A stretch of 63,188 bases of DNA, from positions 1 to 63,188 of IMG/VR virus record IMGVR_UViG_3300013026_000023. One strand, given 5' to 3'. Positions 36,074 through 45,486 of this stretch are shown here, piece after piece. Below the pieces are notes generated by a model, which worked only from the letters and a program-made list of their open reading frames with translations, was not told the DNA's origin and made no database searches. Both the position numbers and the translations under genes were made by a program. Numbering within the stretch: position 1 is the first letter of the stretch; each line of letters begins with the position of its first letter. This stretch comes from a virus (Duplodnaviria > Caudoviricetes).

Positions 36074-37510
36074 TTATTCAGCGCAGCTACTGCATTCCTG
36101 GTCATCTGCATTGCAGGTGACTAGCGGTCCAAGATCTGGGTCTACGTCAAAACCGAAGAAGTCCTCGGCAAGTATCTCGGTCTTGTCTTGGGCATCCAGG
36201 GCTTTAGTTGTCCAGCGATAATATGTGGTTACCAAGGGCGAGGCGAACCAATCTCGGATGAAGTCCTCGTTAACCTCACAGGTATCCCAAATGTTGCAAC
36301 TGATCGCGTGGGCTAGGCCAGTAGACTCCATCATTCCCTGCCAGGCCTTCACCAGGCGATAGTAAGTAGGCCAGCCTACCTCTTGAGCTGTCTCGCACTT
36401 GGGGTTGAAGTGATAGACCTGGGTGCCCAAAGCCTCGCTGTCTCGCTCAACCTCTAGGGCGGTAGGAGGCGAGATCTCGGGAGTAGCGGTATAGCCCTCC
36501 CTGTCTTTGTAATCAGTGAAGACTCTGGCACAAGGGGCGATTGTAAAAGCCCTGGACATACCATGCTCTCTTGCCACCCTAGCCGCCCTGTGCATTCCCT
36601 CAAAGATGGCGATGGCTATCTCCTGGGCTTTGCTCTCAGGAGACTTGTAGAACATGCCCTGTGTGACCTCATACCAGAAGAGGACGACTTCTAGGGCCTC
36701 TACGAAATCCTTGTATTTAACACCTTCAATAGCAAGCAGACTAGCAAGGCCCAAAGCCCCAAAGCCAACCTGTTTATCCTCCTCCGGCCGCAGGTAAATA
36801 CCGGAATCGCCCACTCCTGTTTGGGGGTGCAGTTCGCAGAGGAATCTCATGCCAGCTTCAGCAGCTTGAGGAATCTCCTCTATTGTGGTGCTACCCAGTT
36901 GCTGGTGAGCGAGGAGGCAGGTACCTCTGTGGGGGATTAGGATCTCGGTACACACCTGGGAATAGAGCCGCCTTCCTTCCTTGTCCCATCGCTTCTTGGC
37001 TAGAAACAGGCTGCCATCGCGCACCTTCTCTGTCGCTAGCCGCAGGATATCGTGCTTGAGAAAGCCGTCGTCAACGTAGAGGGCTTTCTTTGCCCAGGGT
37101 AGGTCCTTGGCCGTGGCATTCAAGAAGTCGGAGGCGTCAGGGTGGTCATAGTCCAGATACAGGACTACTGCTCCATACTTGAGGACACCTCCACGCCGGA
37201 GTATCTCGTTGAGCGTTGAGTAGATCTTGGCAAAGCTAACAGGGCCACTGGAAATCATCCCCCTGCTATTGGGGATGTTCTTAGGCCTTAGCTTGGATAA
37301 ATCTATTCCCACTCCAGCGCCCGTGCGCAATGCCTTGCTGGTAAAAAGCCAGCTCTGTTCAATAGAGTCTGAAGTCTCGTCCATGGTGTCGTCCACAGCA
37401 AAGACAGTGCAGGATACTGCTAACCTCTTGTCTGGGCTAGCTAGCCAATCTTTGATTCTTCCGGTTACTGCAATATTTTTGGGGATGCCAATTTGGACCT
37501 TAGTGGCCAT
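36074..37510 (-). CDS. nrdA: Ribonucleotide reductase large (alpha) subunit, compact cyanophage type
   Basis: VSCTV, GAGV.IDLSKLRP, SGPVSF..IYS.LNEILRRGG, QVCTE, GTCLL, TIAP, YY, C-terminal CSSC. Confidence 0.88.
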   Translation of the reverse strand: MATKVQIGIPKNIAVTGRIKDWLASPDKRLAVSCTVFAVDDTMDETSDSIEQSWLFTSKALRTGAGVGIDLSKLRPKNIPNSRGMISSGPVSFAKIYSTLNEILRRGGVLKYGAVVLYLDYDHPDASDFLNATAKDLPWAKKALYVDDGFLKHDILRLATEKVRDGSLFLAKKRWDKEGRRLYSQVCTEILIPHRGTCLLAHQQLGSTTIEEIPQAAEAGMRFLCELHPQTGVGDSGIYLRPEEDKQVGFGALGLASLLAIEGVKYKDFVEALEVVLFWYEVTQGMFYKSPESKAQEIAIAIFEGMHRAARVAREHGMSRAFTIAPCARVFTDYKDREGYTATPEISPPTALEVERDSEALGTQVYHFNPKCETAQEVGWPTYYRLVKAWQGMMESTGLAHAISCNIWDTCEVNEDFIRDWFASPLVTTYYRWTTKALDAQDKTEILAEDFFGFDVDPDLGPLVTCNADDQECSSCAE

Positions 37511-37548
37511 TATGTCTCTCTAGATATGTGGTGTGCTTAGTTAAGTTT

Positions 37549-37579
37549 AACCGCCCCAACCCCTGGGATCAGGGCGGTT
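37549..37579. terminator. hairpin upstream of nrdA
   Basis: AACCGCCC...GGGCGGTT. Confidence 0.45.
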
Positions 37580-37588
37580 GCGAAGTTC

Positions 37589-38044
37589 TCAAGCGCGGAC
37601 AGAAACAGGCTGCTGCCTCTTCTGTTTGGCAGGGACAGGTATCGGCTCCTCTGGAGAATTAAGCTTCAGCAGGGCCTCCAGGAACTCAATGATGTGCTGT
37701 GGGTCTTGCCGGTTGTAATCGATTGCAACCGGAGGGATTTTGATCCCACCCGCCTCGAGTTCATACAGGACGCGCCAGTAGGCAGATCGCAGATCGTTGA
37801 GGAAGTACTCTACGTCGCTCACGGGCGTTCTCTCATGAGATATCAGCCTTCCGGTTTTGGCTAGATGGTAGGCACCTGCTAGGCATACCTGACAGTGATC
37901 TCCATGCTCGCAGCCCCAGACAGACAAGTTGACTGTTACCGGCTTGCCGTTGTGAGTGACCCTGCCATCGTGGACAGCCTTGAAGGCCTCTAGGGCATCG
38001 GAAATGATTTGCAGGGCTGTTTCTTTGTTTTTAAGAACAAACAT
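37589..38044 (-). CDS. hypothetical Cys-containing protein, paralogue of 31669..32106
   Basis: see paralogue; ATG 38044 with GAGG RBS. Confidence 0.7.
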   Translation of the reverse strand: MFVLKNKETALQIISDALEAFKAVHDGRVTHNGKPVTVNLSVWGCEHGDHCQVCLAGAYHLAKTGRLISHERTPVSDVEYFLNDLRSAYWRVLYELEAGGIKIPPVAIDYNRQDPQHIIEFLEALLKLNSPEEPIPVPAKQKRQQPVSVRA

Positions 38045-38057
38045 GTTTTGCCTCAAG

Positions 38058-38480
38058 TTAAAGTGAGTATCTTTCGGAGAAGGCGGTCCAGGAATTAAGC
38101 AGAGAGGCGGCGGCATCGGCAAAGGATATTACCACTTTACCTGAGTGCCTTCCTGCGCGGTACGTTACCAGGACCAAAAACCAGCAGACTGTGAGGGCGA
38201 AGACGAATACGCCAAACAGGGCATCCATGACCACCCTAGCCGTTAGCTCGGTGAGTGCGACTTCCTCAACCAGGTCTGACCTCTGGTAATTGCAAACATC
38301 GCAGCACCTGCCAGTCCAGCCCTCCAGGACATCGCAACATTGTCCATTGAGTTCGGGCTCATCATACAGGGCCCTGAGCAGCCCAATCATTCCGTCTCTG
38401 TCCAGCTTGCCGTAGCCCCTAACTCTGTTTTCTTTGCAGAAGGTGCGCAGTTGTCGATAGGTTAATTCGTTGAAGTTCAT
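38058..38480 (-). CDS. Rho-N/SAP-like helix-extension-helix protein with C-terminal TM
   Basis: LTYRQLRTFCKE..V.GY.KL.R..MI.LL; CAGGAG RBS. Confidence 0.6.
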   Translation of the reverse strand: MNFNELTYRQLRTFCKENRVRGYGKLDRDGMIGLLRALYDEPELNGQCCDVLEGWTGRCCDVCNYQRSDLVEEVALTELTARVVMDALFGVFVFALTVCWFLVLVTYRAGRHSGKVVISFADAAASLLNSWTAFSERYSL

Positions 38481-38505
38481 AATCTTTCTCCTGTGGGATA
38501 TTTCT

Positions 38506-38534
38506 AGCCTAGAGCATGCCAGCCCCTTTGTCAA
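38506..38534 (-). promoter_or_regulatory. Promoter TTGACA-N7-TGGCATG-N3-TAGGCT
   Basis: 17-bp spacer with conserved TGGCATG. Confidence 0.7.
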
Positions 38535-39436
38535 GAGGCGAATAGCTCTAGTTGTCTAGCGTATTCGTGCCCTAGAATCCATGTGGCCTCAATGTTGATG
38601 GAGCTAGCTTCCATGCCTCGATTGATTGAGGTGAGCGTGCTGCCCATCTCCAGTGTGATCGGACAATTATACTGGCTGGCGATCGCCCTAATGGCGTCAT
38701 CCGTCTCAGGGGAGTAGTAGTTGGTGCAGATGATGCGGCTGCACCGACCCGTGGACAACAGCGAGCTGGTGCAATCCAGGAATAGATCCAGCGTATCCGG
38801 GCTATGTGGCTTGTGGTTTGGGTAGCAGGGGGTTACCCTACCGTATCTCCGCGGTACATAATAGGGAGGGTCTACCAGGGCTATTGCCTCGACAGCCTCG
38901 CTCTCGGAAAAAGTCGTGACAGCGTCGCTCCAATCCTGGTCAAGGTGAATGGGAATTGAAGGCTGAGGGGGGAAGTGGTATTTCCACTTAAGTAGCTCAG
39001 GGAGCTGCAGCTTGGAGTAAGTGACATTTAGCTTGCCATTTTTGGAACAGCGGACTATTCCACCAAAAGCGAGCTTTCTGATCACCAGGGAGGCAGCGGC
39101 CAACATGGTAGGGTCACTAGAGGGCTCGTGGAAGACATCCTTAAGGAACTGCCACGCCCAGGCTTGCTTTGTATCAAAGGCAAAGTCCCTCTGGAGGCTA
39201 TTGATCCACCAGTAGACGCGGTGGTGCTCGTTAGGGCGCAGCCAGCTATGCCAAATGGCCAGAACTGATGGGTCGGCTTCTGCTGCAAAAGCGTGCTGGA
39301 CTCTGGGTAAATAGTATTGCAGGAAGTGGCCTGCACCCAAAAAAGGCTCAACGACTGCATCAAACCGACTGCCATCATCCCACTGGATGAGATAACGGGC
39401 TTTGGATCCGGGGTAGCGGGGTATCAGGGTTGACAT
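38531..39436 (-). CDS. D12/Dam-class DNA adenine methyltransferase
   Basis: RYPGSK, VVEPFLGAG, G.VR.SK.GK.NV, DPPY. Confidence 0.85.
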   Translation of the reverse strand: MSTLIPRYPGSKARYLIQWDDGSRFDAVVEPFLGAGHFLQYYLPRVQHAFAAEADPSVLAIWHSWLRPNEHHRVYWWINSLQRDFAFDTKQAWAWQFLKDVFHEPSSDPTMLAAASLVIRKLAFGGIVRCSKNGKLNVTYSKLQLPELLKWKYHFPPQPSIPIHLDQDWSDAVTTFSESEAVEAIALVDPPYYVPRRYGRVTPCYPNHKPHSPDTLDLFLDCTSSLLSTGRCSRIICTNYYSPETDDAIRAIASQYNCPITLEMGSTLTSINRGMEASSINIEATWILGHEYARQLELFAS

Positions 39437-39437
39437 T

Positions 39438-40529
39438 TCAGCTCTCGACTTTGTTGATGGGCATTATAAGGTGAGCTCGATACTCGTCATCAACGCCCTT
39501 GATAACCACAGGTGTGGTGGGCGAGTTTGTGTGGATAATTACCTCTTCAGCAGGAATCGCCTTCAGCGATTGCAGGAGGTAAGTGACGTTGAAGCGTAGG
39601 CTGATTGGATCTCCCTGTAGGTCCGCTGAGAGGGCTGCTGAGATTTCGTTAGCCTCAGCCTTCGAGGAGACAATTAGCTCGTCACTGGCGATAGAGGCGG
39701 TGACTGTTTTTGTGCTATTAGCCACTAGGATGGAGGCGCGCTCCAGGGCGGCTATTAACGCCTGTCTGGATACCCTACAAGTAGCAGCAAATGATTTAGG
39801 GAATAGCAGGCGGTACTGTGGATAGTTGCCTTCAAGCAAGCGAGAGGTGACAGTGCCGCTCTCTGCGGATAAATCCACGCAAAAGTTATTGGCTGCTAGC
39901 TGGATGGTCTCGCTATTGGCAATGAGTCCAGTGAGCGCCTCCAGGGCACTAGCTGGAATAGTCTTTTCAGCCTTGGGCCCAGCATAGGGCGCGGTGTAGG
40001 TAGCCAACCTATGCCCGTCAGTGGCGGCAATCTCTAGAGTCTCACCATTAGACTCAAAGCGTACTCCCTGGAGAATCCCCCTGAACGTATCCTTGCTAGC
40101 AGCAAAGACCACGCTCCTAATAGCTCCCCAGAGTAGGCTAGATGGCAGGACCAGGGACTCCTCTTTGACTTGGGGTATATCGGGATACTCCTCGGCGTCT
40201 AGGGCCTGGATCTTCGATTTGATTCGGCCAGCCTTAACCAGTACCTCCAGGTTTCTGGTGCTGAGCTCGATTTCATCAGGCAACTTGGAGATGATGCTGG
40301 ACAGAAGGGAGAAGGGGACGGCCACCCTTCCCGATTGTGATACGGGAGTGGTGATATTAGTCTCAATCGCCAAAGAAAGGTCAAAAGTGGTGAGCTTAAC
40401 CCGATCAGTCTCCGCGTCTGCCTCAAGCAAGACACAGGCTAATACGGGGGTAGCGGGCCTGCTCTGGATTGCCCGGCTAACCTTCGAGAGAGCGATAGCG
40501 AATTGTTGGGCATTAATTTTGAATTTCAT
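39438..40529 (-). CDS. dnaN: DNA polymerase III beta sliding clamp
   Basis: AATDGHRL, SRLLEGNYP.Y, FN..YL, LIMPI; 363 aa. Confidence 0.93.
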   Translation of the reverse strand: MKFKINAQQFAIALSKVSRAIQSRPATPVLACVLLEADAETDRVKLTTFDLSLAIETNITTPVSQSGRVAVPFSLLSSIISKLPDEIELSTRNLEVLVKAGRIKSKIQALDAEEYPDIPQVKEESLVLPSSLLWGAIRSVVFAASKDTFRGILQGVRFESNGETLEIAATDGHRLATYTAPYAGPKAEKTIPASALEALTGLIANSETIQLAANNFCVDLSAESGTVTSRLLEGNYPQYRLLFPKSFAATCRVSRQALIAALERASILVANSTKTVTASIASDELIVSSKAEANEISAALSADLQGDPISLRFNVTYLLQSLKAIPAEEVIIHTNSPTTPVVIKGVDDEYRAHLIMPINKVES

Positions 40530-40552
40530 GGGTTCTCCTTGATGGTTCCCCT

Positions 40553-40581
40553 AGATTAGAGCATGCCACATCATATGTCAA
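40553..40581 (-). promoter_or_regulatory. Promoter TTGACA-N7-TGGCATG-N3-TAATCT
   Basis: upstream of dnaN. Confidence 0.7.
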
Positions 40582-40981
40582 CCCCATCCAGGAGCCAAGC
40601 AAGTTTCTCTTGATCAAGCCTTTTGGCGATCGCTGGGTTTTTCTTCACAAATCTGGCTAAGTTAACGCGGCTAATCGCGTGGAGATCTCCCCACATGCGG
40701 CTTTTTAGCTTCCCAGTCTTAATCCAATAGAATACCCTCGCAGTGGATGTGCCCAATTCCCTTGCAAGATAGCTGGCTGTGAATCTGTCCAGGGTTGCCA
40801 TCCGGGAGCAACCTAGCGATTGTGCCAGACGAGACTCAATGCTGTACTTGGTCCGCTCTGGATAGCCAAGCTCTTTTGCCTTGCGATTGTACGTAGCGCA
40901 CAACTGTTCAAACGGGTACTGCTCAGTTAGGGAGTCGAGCAACATCTCTTCCTCCGGTTTCCATCTAAAGCCTCCCATCAC
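40571..40981 (-). CDS. HTH DNA-binding protein
   Basis: W..EE..LL (Myb-like) and LARELG....V..WI..GKL (excisionase/MerR-like). Confidence 0.6.
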   Translation of the reverse strand: MMGGFRWKPEEEMLLDSLTEQYPFEQLCATYNRKAKELGYPERTKYSIESRLAQSLGCSRMATLDRFTASYLARELGTSTARVFYWIKTGKLKSRMWGDLHAISRVNLARFVKKNPAIAKRLDQEKLAWLLDGVDI

Positions 40982-43506
40982 GCTACCTCCCGCTGTTTTG
41001 CTAGGGTTGAAAGTCGTTGCAGCTTCTGTCTCTGAGTCTCTGTTAAGGCCTGCCAGAGCTGTGCTTTACGCTCTCCCGTGAAGGCCTCGGTGAGAGCTTT
41101 TAGGACCTCAGCCGCGTTAGTCTCATCCGTTAGATCGATGATCTCCTGAGCGTCGATGATGTCCCCCTCGGTTAGCGGTGGTTCAGGAAGGGGGTACACC
41201 ACGGGCTCCTCCTCCTCCTCCTGGTAGCCATTGAGAAAATTTATACTCTCCTCAATCTCGGCATTATCAGAAAAACTTATATCAGGCTCCATTTCGTAAT
41301 CATTAGAAAAACTTATATCAGGCTCAATGTCTTGTGGTGAGACAACTTCAGCCCTGTCAATGCTATACACTCGCCTCTTGGTACCAGGGATTCGCCTGAG
41401 CGTGATTACACTACGCTCTGTCAGCTTGTTGAGGGCTCGATAGACAATCGTTTTGGATGTGTCAGCCAGCTTGGCCGCTATATCGGCTCCCTCCATGCCA
41501 TTGGGCGCAATCTCATTCAGGACTTCGAGTATTCTCCCCTCAGCCTCGTGGACCTCGTAGCTGATGCCTAGGTTCTGCTCTAAGTCCCAGTGGTAGTTGG
41601 TGAGGTTAAGTTTAATCTCGTAGGCAGTTGGTTCGCTATCTCGCTGCTTGGTCACCGATAGCCTTCTGCGGGTATCCCTCTCGGCTGCTGGATTCGTTCG
41701 CTCCATCTGCAAGATAGTTGAGCAGGCACCTGGGAGAGCTCCACTCCCTGCGAGGCGGTCTATGAGGCGGTCTGCTTGGCTTTTGTTGTGGTGATGTACG
41801 ACTACAATCGCCACGTTGAGCTTCTGGGCAACTCCCTGGAGGCGATAGGCGAGCTTGGAGAAGTCAGCATGATTTTCGTCGATGCCGCTGGATGAATGGA
41901 TCTTGCGGTAGGAGTCGAGAACAATCAGACTGGCGCCTGTCTCCTGGATACGCTGCTCGAAGGGTTCCAGGTTAAACATGTCGAACTCTCTTTCGATGAT
42001 GAGAATCTCACCGTCCTCAACCCCGTCGAATCCACGCTGGTAGAGGCGCTTCTGAATGGTGAAGATGGACTCCTCTAGGGCGTAGTAGAGTACCTTGCCC
42101 TGATGTGCCTCTTGCCCCAAGAACTCGGTACCGGTGGCCACTGCATAGGCTAGGTCATAGGCCATTAGGCTCTTGCCCTCTCCTGGTGCAGCACCGATGA
42201 TGGTCTGGTCGCCAAAAGGGATGAGTCCGGGAACAAGCCAGCTCTGGGCCTCTAGGGGCATCTCCAGTATCTCTTGCAGGGTAAAGCTAGTCTGACCTTT
42301 CGTTTCTTTTTCCTTCTGTCGTCTCATGTGCTCTGCCAACTTCTGGATGTAATCGGTGGGTAGCTTGTACTGTGTCGCTAGGCGGCGCTGTAGTAGCTCC
42401 TGCTTGAAGAGGTCGGGGATGTCCAGGGTTGATGCAACAGCGCTGCAGATGAGGCTGTACTCGTCTTCAGACTCCTGCTGATCGACCGCCTGCTCCTTGT
42501 AGGCCTCTGCTAGCTGGACGTTCTCTTCCTTGGATTGCTTGCTGCGCCAGACCCTGATGTTCTTCTCGATCGCTTCTGGTGTGAGACTGGGTCTGGGATT
42601 ATCCTTCTCGGCGGACTTCCAGATTTGATTGGCCTCTGCCCGTGAGAGGGCTGGAGTACAGCGAGAGCAGTAGTAATCGAATAGGCTGCGAGGATCAGCG
42701 TCGTAGCGGTGTCCTAGCAAGTCACAGTACTTGGCCGTACCAATCAAATTGCGGGCTAGCTTGGCGCCAGCATTGTTCCTGTTTCCATCGGGAGAACCAG
42801 ACTCGATTAGGGCGCGATCTCTGAGAGTGAGAAGCTTCTCCAGGGGGATGGCATCGTCGGTAGTCAAGAGGTTGTACCTAGGTTGTACCTCCTGCTGTTG
42901 AGGCTGTGGAGGGATAGCCTGCCTTAGCTCCTCGTAGGTGTATTGCCTGTCTGAACTATGAATCACCTCGCAGAGGGTGGGTTCTTCGCCGGACTTGAAG
43001 TGATAGGAGCCAGCAAGCCTCATTACCCTGGATGGGTTCTTCAGAGAAGCGTCACCTCCGGTGTGAGCTAAAAGATCACTCTGGAGGCCTCTCCATGCCT
43101 CTACATTGCATTCAATTCGCCAATAGGTATGAACACTCTTGCGGGTCTTAATTTGCAATGTAGGCTCAGGTAGGCCCAAATCCTGCCAGAAGAGAATTTG
43201 CTCTTCAACAGGGCGGTCATCAAACTCGACGAATATGGCTCGGCATTGGTCAATCTCTTCATCCCTGTGTCCAGGGCCATTGACCACCAGGTATGCGCCA
43301 TAGCCTTGGCTTTGAAGCTGCTGGCATTGTTCCCAATCGAGGCCATCTGCCTTGATGGCGGCGGGTATGTTCCTCCTCGGGTCTTCCTTGGGAAGGAAGT
43401 AGCGCATTGAGATATCTCGGCGGCGAGTATATCCCAGTGCTTTAATTTGGCGGGCTGCTTGCTTTTTGCTTATTTTGTGTGGCATAATCTTAGCTGTGGT
43501 TCGCAT
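40978..43506 (-). CDS. Primase-helicase (RepB-type AEP primase, PriCT, RepA/AAA_25 helicase)
   Basis: YLVVNG, FVEFDD, KSVHTYW, D.SLKNPSRVMRLAG; G.RNN; GAAPGEGKS, IVLDS, VVHH. Confidence 0.88.
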   Translation of the reverse strand: MRTTAKIMPHKISKKQAARQIKALGYTRRRDISMRYFLPKEDPRRNIPAAIKADGLDWEQCQQLQSQGYGAYLVVNGPGHRDEEIDQCRAIFVEFDDRPVEEQILFWQDLGLPEPTLQIKTRKSVHTYWRIECNVEAWRGLQSDLLAHTGGDASLKNPSRVMRLAGSYHFKSGEEPTLCEVIHSSDRQYTYEELRQAIPPQPQQQEVQPRYNLLTTDDAIPLEKLLTLRDRALIESGSPDGNRNNAGAKLARNLIGTAKYCDLLGHRYDADPRSLFDYYCSRCTPALSRAEANQIWKSAEKDNPRPSLTPEAIEKNIRVWRSKQSKEENVQLAEAYKEQAVDQQESEDEYSLICSAVASTLDIPDLFKQELLQRRLATQYKLPTDYIQKLAEHMRRQKEKETKGQTSFTLQEILEMPLEAQSWLVPGLIPFGDQTIIGAAPGEGKSLMAYDLAYAVATGTEFLGQEAHQGKVLYYALEESIFTIQKRLYQRGFDGVEDGEILIIEREFDMFNLEPFEQRIQETGASLIVLDSYRKIHSSSGIDENHADFSKLAYRLQGVAQKLNVAIVVVHHHNKSQADRLIDRLAGSGALPGACSTILQMERTNPAAERDTRRRLSVTKQRDSEPTAYEIKLNLTNYHWDLEQNLGISYEVHEAEGRILEVLNEIAPNGMEGADIAAKLADTSKTIVYRALNKLTERSVITLRRIPGTKRRVYSIDRAEVVSPQDIEPDISFSNDYEMEPDISFSDNAEIEESINFLNGYQEEEEEPVVYPLPEPPLTEGDIIDAQEIIDLTDETNAAEVLKALTEAFTGERKAQLWQALTETQRQKLQRLSTLAKQREVA

Positions 43507-43596
43507 CTGTATGGTCTACGATGCGTCCTGTGGTTGGGTTAACTGTTCTCCTTGGGGCTAAAGGGTTGGTGCAAAACCAGCCCTTTTTTCTATGTC

Positions 43597-45468
43597 TTAA
43601 TTATGGCGCATGCCAGCATGGTTGTCAATACCCCTCAGTGTATCAAAGCTGGGGATGAGCTCACGCATCACTTGAGGTGTGAAGATGAGCTGGTTGAAGC
43701 CCACCTCTCTCCCCCAGAGCTGAGTAACCACTTTCTCAGTGTCATAGCAATCCTTGTGCTCTTCCAGGAATCGCCGCAGGTTGTCTACTGGGTTACCCCC
43801 CATATCCCTCTGGATCGCAGAAACGAGCTGAGAGGCAGCTAGATGGCTCTGTATTGAGTTTAATTTCAGCTTTGATAGTAGACTACGTTTTTTAATTTCA
43901 GAGGCATTGTAGGCGATTGTAGCGGCATCTGCTTGCCAATGCCCTTGAGTGAACCATCTCTCAGGATCGACCACAAAGGGCAGGCAGTAGACTTCAGTGT
44001 CGCTGCCCCTGGGTTTTGCTTTTGGAGGCTCAGCCCTATTCTGCTCAACGTAGCTCTCGTACTTGCCACCGATGTAGCTCCTCAGTGCCAAGGTAAGCTC
44101 ACCGCTCTCAAACAGCTCAAGGGGAATCGGGTTGAGATAGCGCTTAGGATTGTTCTTCACCTTGGCTACAAGCCTGGATGCCTTGCCGCCGCTCTGGAGG
44201 CGATAGGGATACTCCCTCAAGAACACCTCCTCTAGCCACTTCAGCTTGCTCTCAAATTCCAGCTCCTGCCTTTTGGGCTTTTGGGCTTTTGTCCCCTCCA
44301 GAGTTGTCTCAGCATGAGACTCAGGTTGCTCAAAAAGATACGCCTCTTGGGGGATTGACTCGCCTGTACTTAATGTGCTAGGGTGGAGGGTTGGGCCCTT
44401 TTCCTCGCGCGCGGGGGAAACCGCGATCAGCGTTTCACTAGGAGAAGAGAGTATGTCCACACTCCCCCCTTCCCTTTCACTAGGAGAAGAGAGTATGTCC
44501 ACACTCCCCCCTTCCCTTTCACTAGGAGAAGAGAGTATGTCCACACTCCCCCCTTCCCTTTCACTAGGAGAAGAGAGTATGTCCACACTCCCCCCTTCCC
44601 CTTCACTAGGAGAAGAGAGTATATCCAGGAGGTTGAGTTGCACAGGAGCAGTTGTGTGCTGGGAGGGGGTGGATATATCCACACTCCCCCTAGCCCCCCC
44701 CGGTAGAGAGGCGGCGTTTGCTTGCAAACCCGCGTAACTCTTCTTGTCTTCAGTGGAAGTCTTTGTAGAGGTCTCTGTAGAAGTCTTAGAGTACGTCCCC
44801 ACATTTGACGTAGGGTCACCTCCGTTTTGACGGAGGTCAGGCTCCGTTTTAACGTAGGGGCACCTCCGTTTTAACGTAGGGTCACCTCCGTTTTGACGGA
44901 GGTCAGGCTCCGTTTTAACGTAGGGGCACCTCCGTTTTAACGTAGGGTCACCTCCGTTTTGACGGAGGTTGGTTGACATTTTGTTGACCGTTTGTGGGGG
45001 TGGTCCAGCGGTGGGGAGTGAGGCCTGAGTGGAGGCGGGGTAGGGCTCCAGCGTAATCTCTTTGATGGCGTCTACGACTGGCTCTATCTGAAGAACGTTA
45101 GACAGATAAACCCCGTTGGCTACCCGCTTCCCTAGAGTCGTAGTAATGACCCCCTTTTTGACCAAGTATTTAACCGCGTCCATAGCCTGTCTTTTGCCTA
45201 GGCCAAACTGATCAGCGATCGCTGTATAGGTTCTCTCTAGCTTTTCGTGTGAGAACCTTGCCTCATGTCGAACAACCTTGCCTGTCTTCTCATTCCTGAC
45301 TAGCCGCGGTCGGTACCAGTAGACGATGTCTGAGAGGATTACTATGGCTGCTAGGTTGGGCTTGCCACTTTTTTCATGGGTTAAGTGGCGATACCAATTG
45401 TGGGGAATTGTATGGCCGACGAAATCAATCTGTCCGATCTGTTCTATGACTGAGTTAAGTGAATTCAT
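43597..45468 (-). CDS. Replication initiator protein (wHTH N-terminus) with internal iterons
   Basis: G..IP..WY..L....GKP.L.AI.ILSDIVYWYRP...TY..IADQFG; internal DNA repeats as in lambda O. Confidence 0.75.
   Translation of the reverse strand: MNSLNSVIEQIGQIDFVGHTIPHNWYRHLTHEKSGKPNLAAIVILSDIVYWYRPRLVRNEKTGKVVRHEARFSHEKLERTYTAIADQFGLGKRQAMDAVKYLVKKGVITTTLGKRVANGVYLSNVLQIEPVVDAIKEITLEPYPASTQASLPTAGPPPQTVNKMSTNLRQNGGDPTLKRRCPYVKTEPDLRQNGGDPTLKRRCPYVKTEPDLRQNGGDPTSNVGTYSKTSTETSTKTSTEDKKSYAGLQANAASLPGGARGSVDISTPSQHTTAPVQLNLLDILSSPSEGEGGSVDILSSPSEREGGSVDILSSPSEREGGSVDILSSPSEREGGSVDILSSPSETLIAVSPAREEKGPTLHPSTLSTGESIPQEAYLFEQPESHAETTLEGTKAQKPKRQELEFESKLKWLEEVFLREYPYRLQSGGKASRLVAKVKNNPKRYLNPIPLELFESGELTLALRSYIGGKYESYVEQNRAEPPKAKPRGSDTEVYCLPFVVDPERWFTQGHWQADAATIAYNASEIKKRSLLSKLKLNSIQSHLAASQLVSAIQRDMGGNPVDNLRRFLEEHKDCYDTEKVVTQLWGREVGFNQLIFTPQVMRELIPSFDTLRGIDNHAGMRHN
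43600..43628 (-). promoter_or_regulatory. Promoter TTGACA-N7-TGGCATG-N3-CATAAT
   Basis: upstream of the primase-helicase. Confidence 0.7.
44433..44627. repeat. 42-bp tandem repeat, ~4.6 copies (encodes SVDILSSPSEREGG)
   Basis: TTTCACTAGGAGAAGAGAGTATGTCCACACTCCCCCCTTCCC units at 44433, 44475, 44517, 44559 and partial at 44601. Confidence 0.95.
44798..44969. repeat. 22-bp iteron array (7-8 units, 66-bp super-period); probable origin of replication
   Basis: CTCCGTTTTRACGKAGG core at 44820, 44842, 44864, 44886, 44908, 44930, 44952. Confidence 0.85.
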
Positions 45469-45486
45469 GATTTTTCTCCTGTACGG

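Noticed and set aside
41269-41325. 21-bp duplication in the primase-helicase tail (EPDISFS twice)
   Set aside because: A simple in-frame duplication in an acidic linker; no sign of function.
44433-44969. Repeat arrays as CRISPR
   Set aside because: Units are head-to-tail with no unique spacers and lie in frame within the rep gene; no cas genes were seen.
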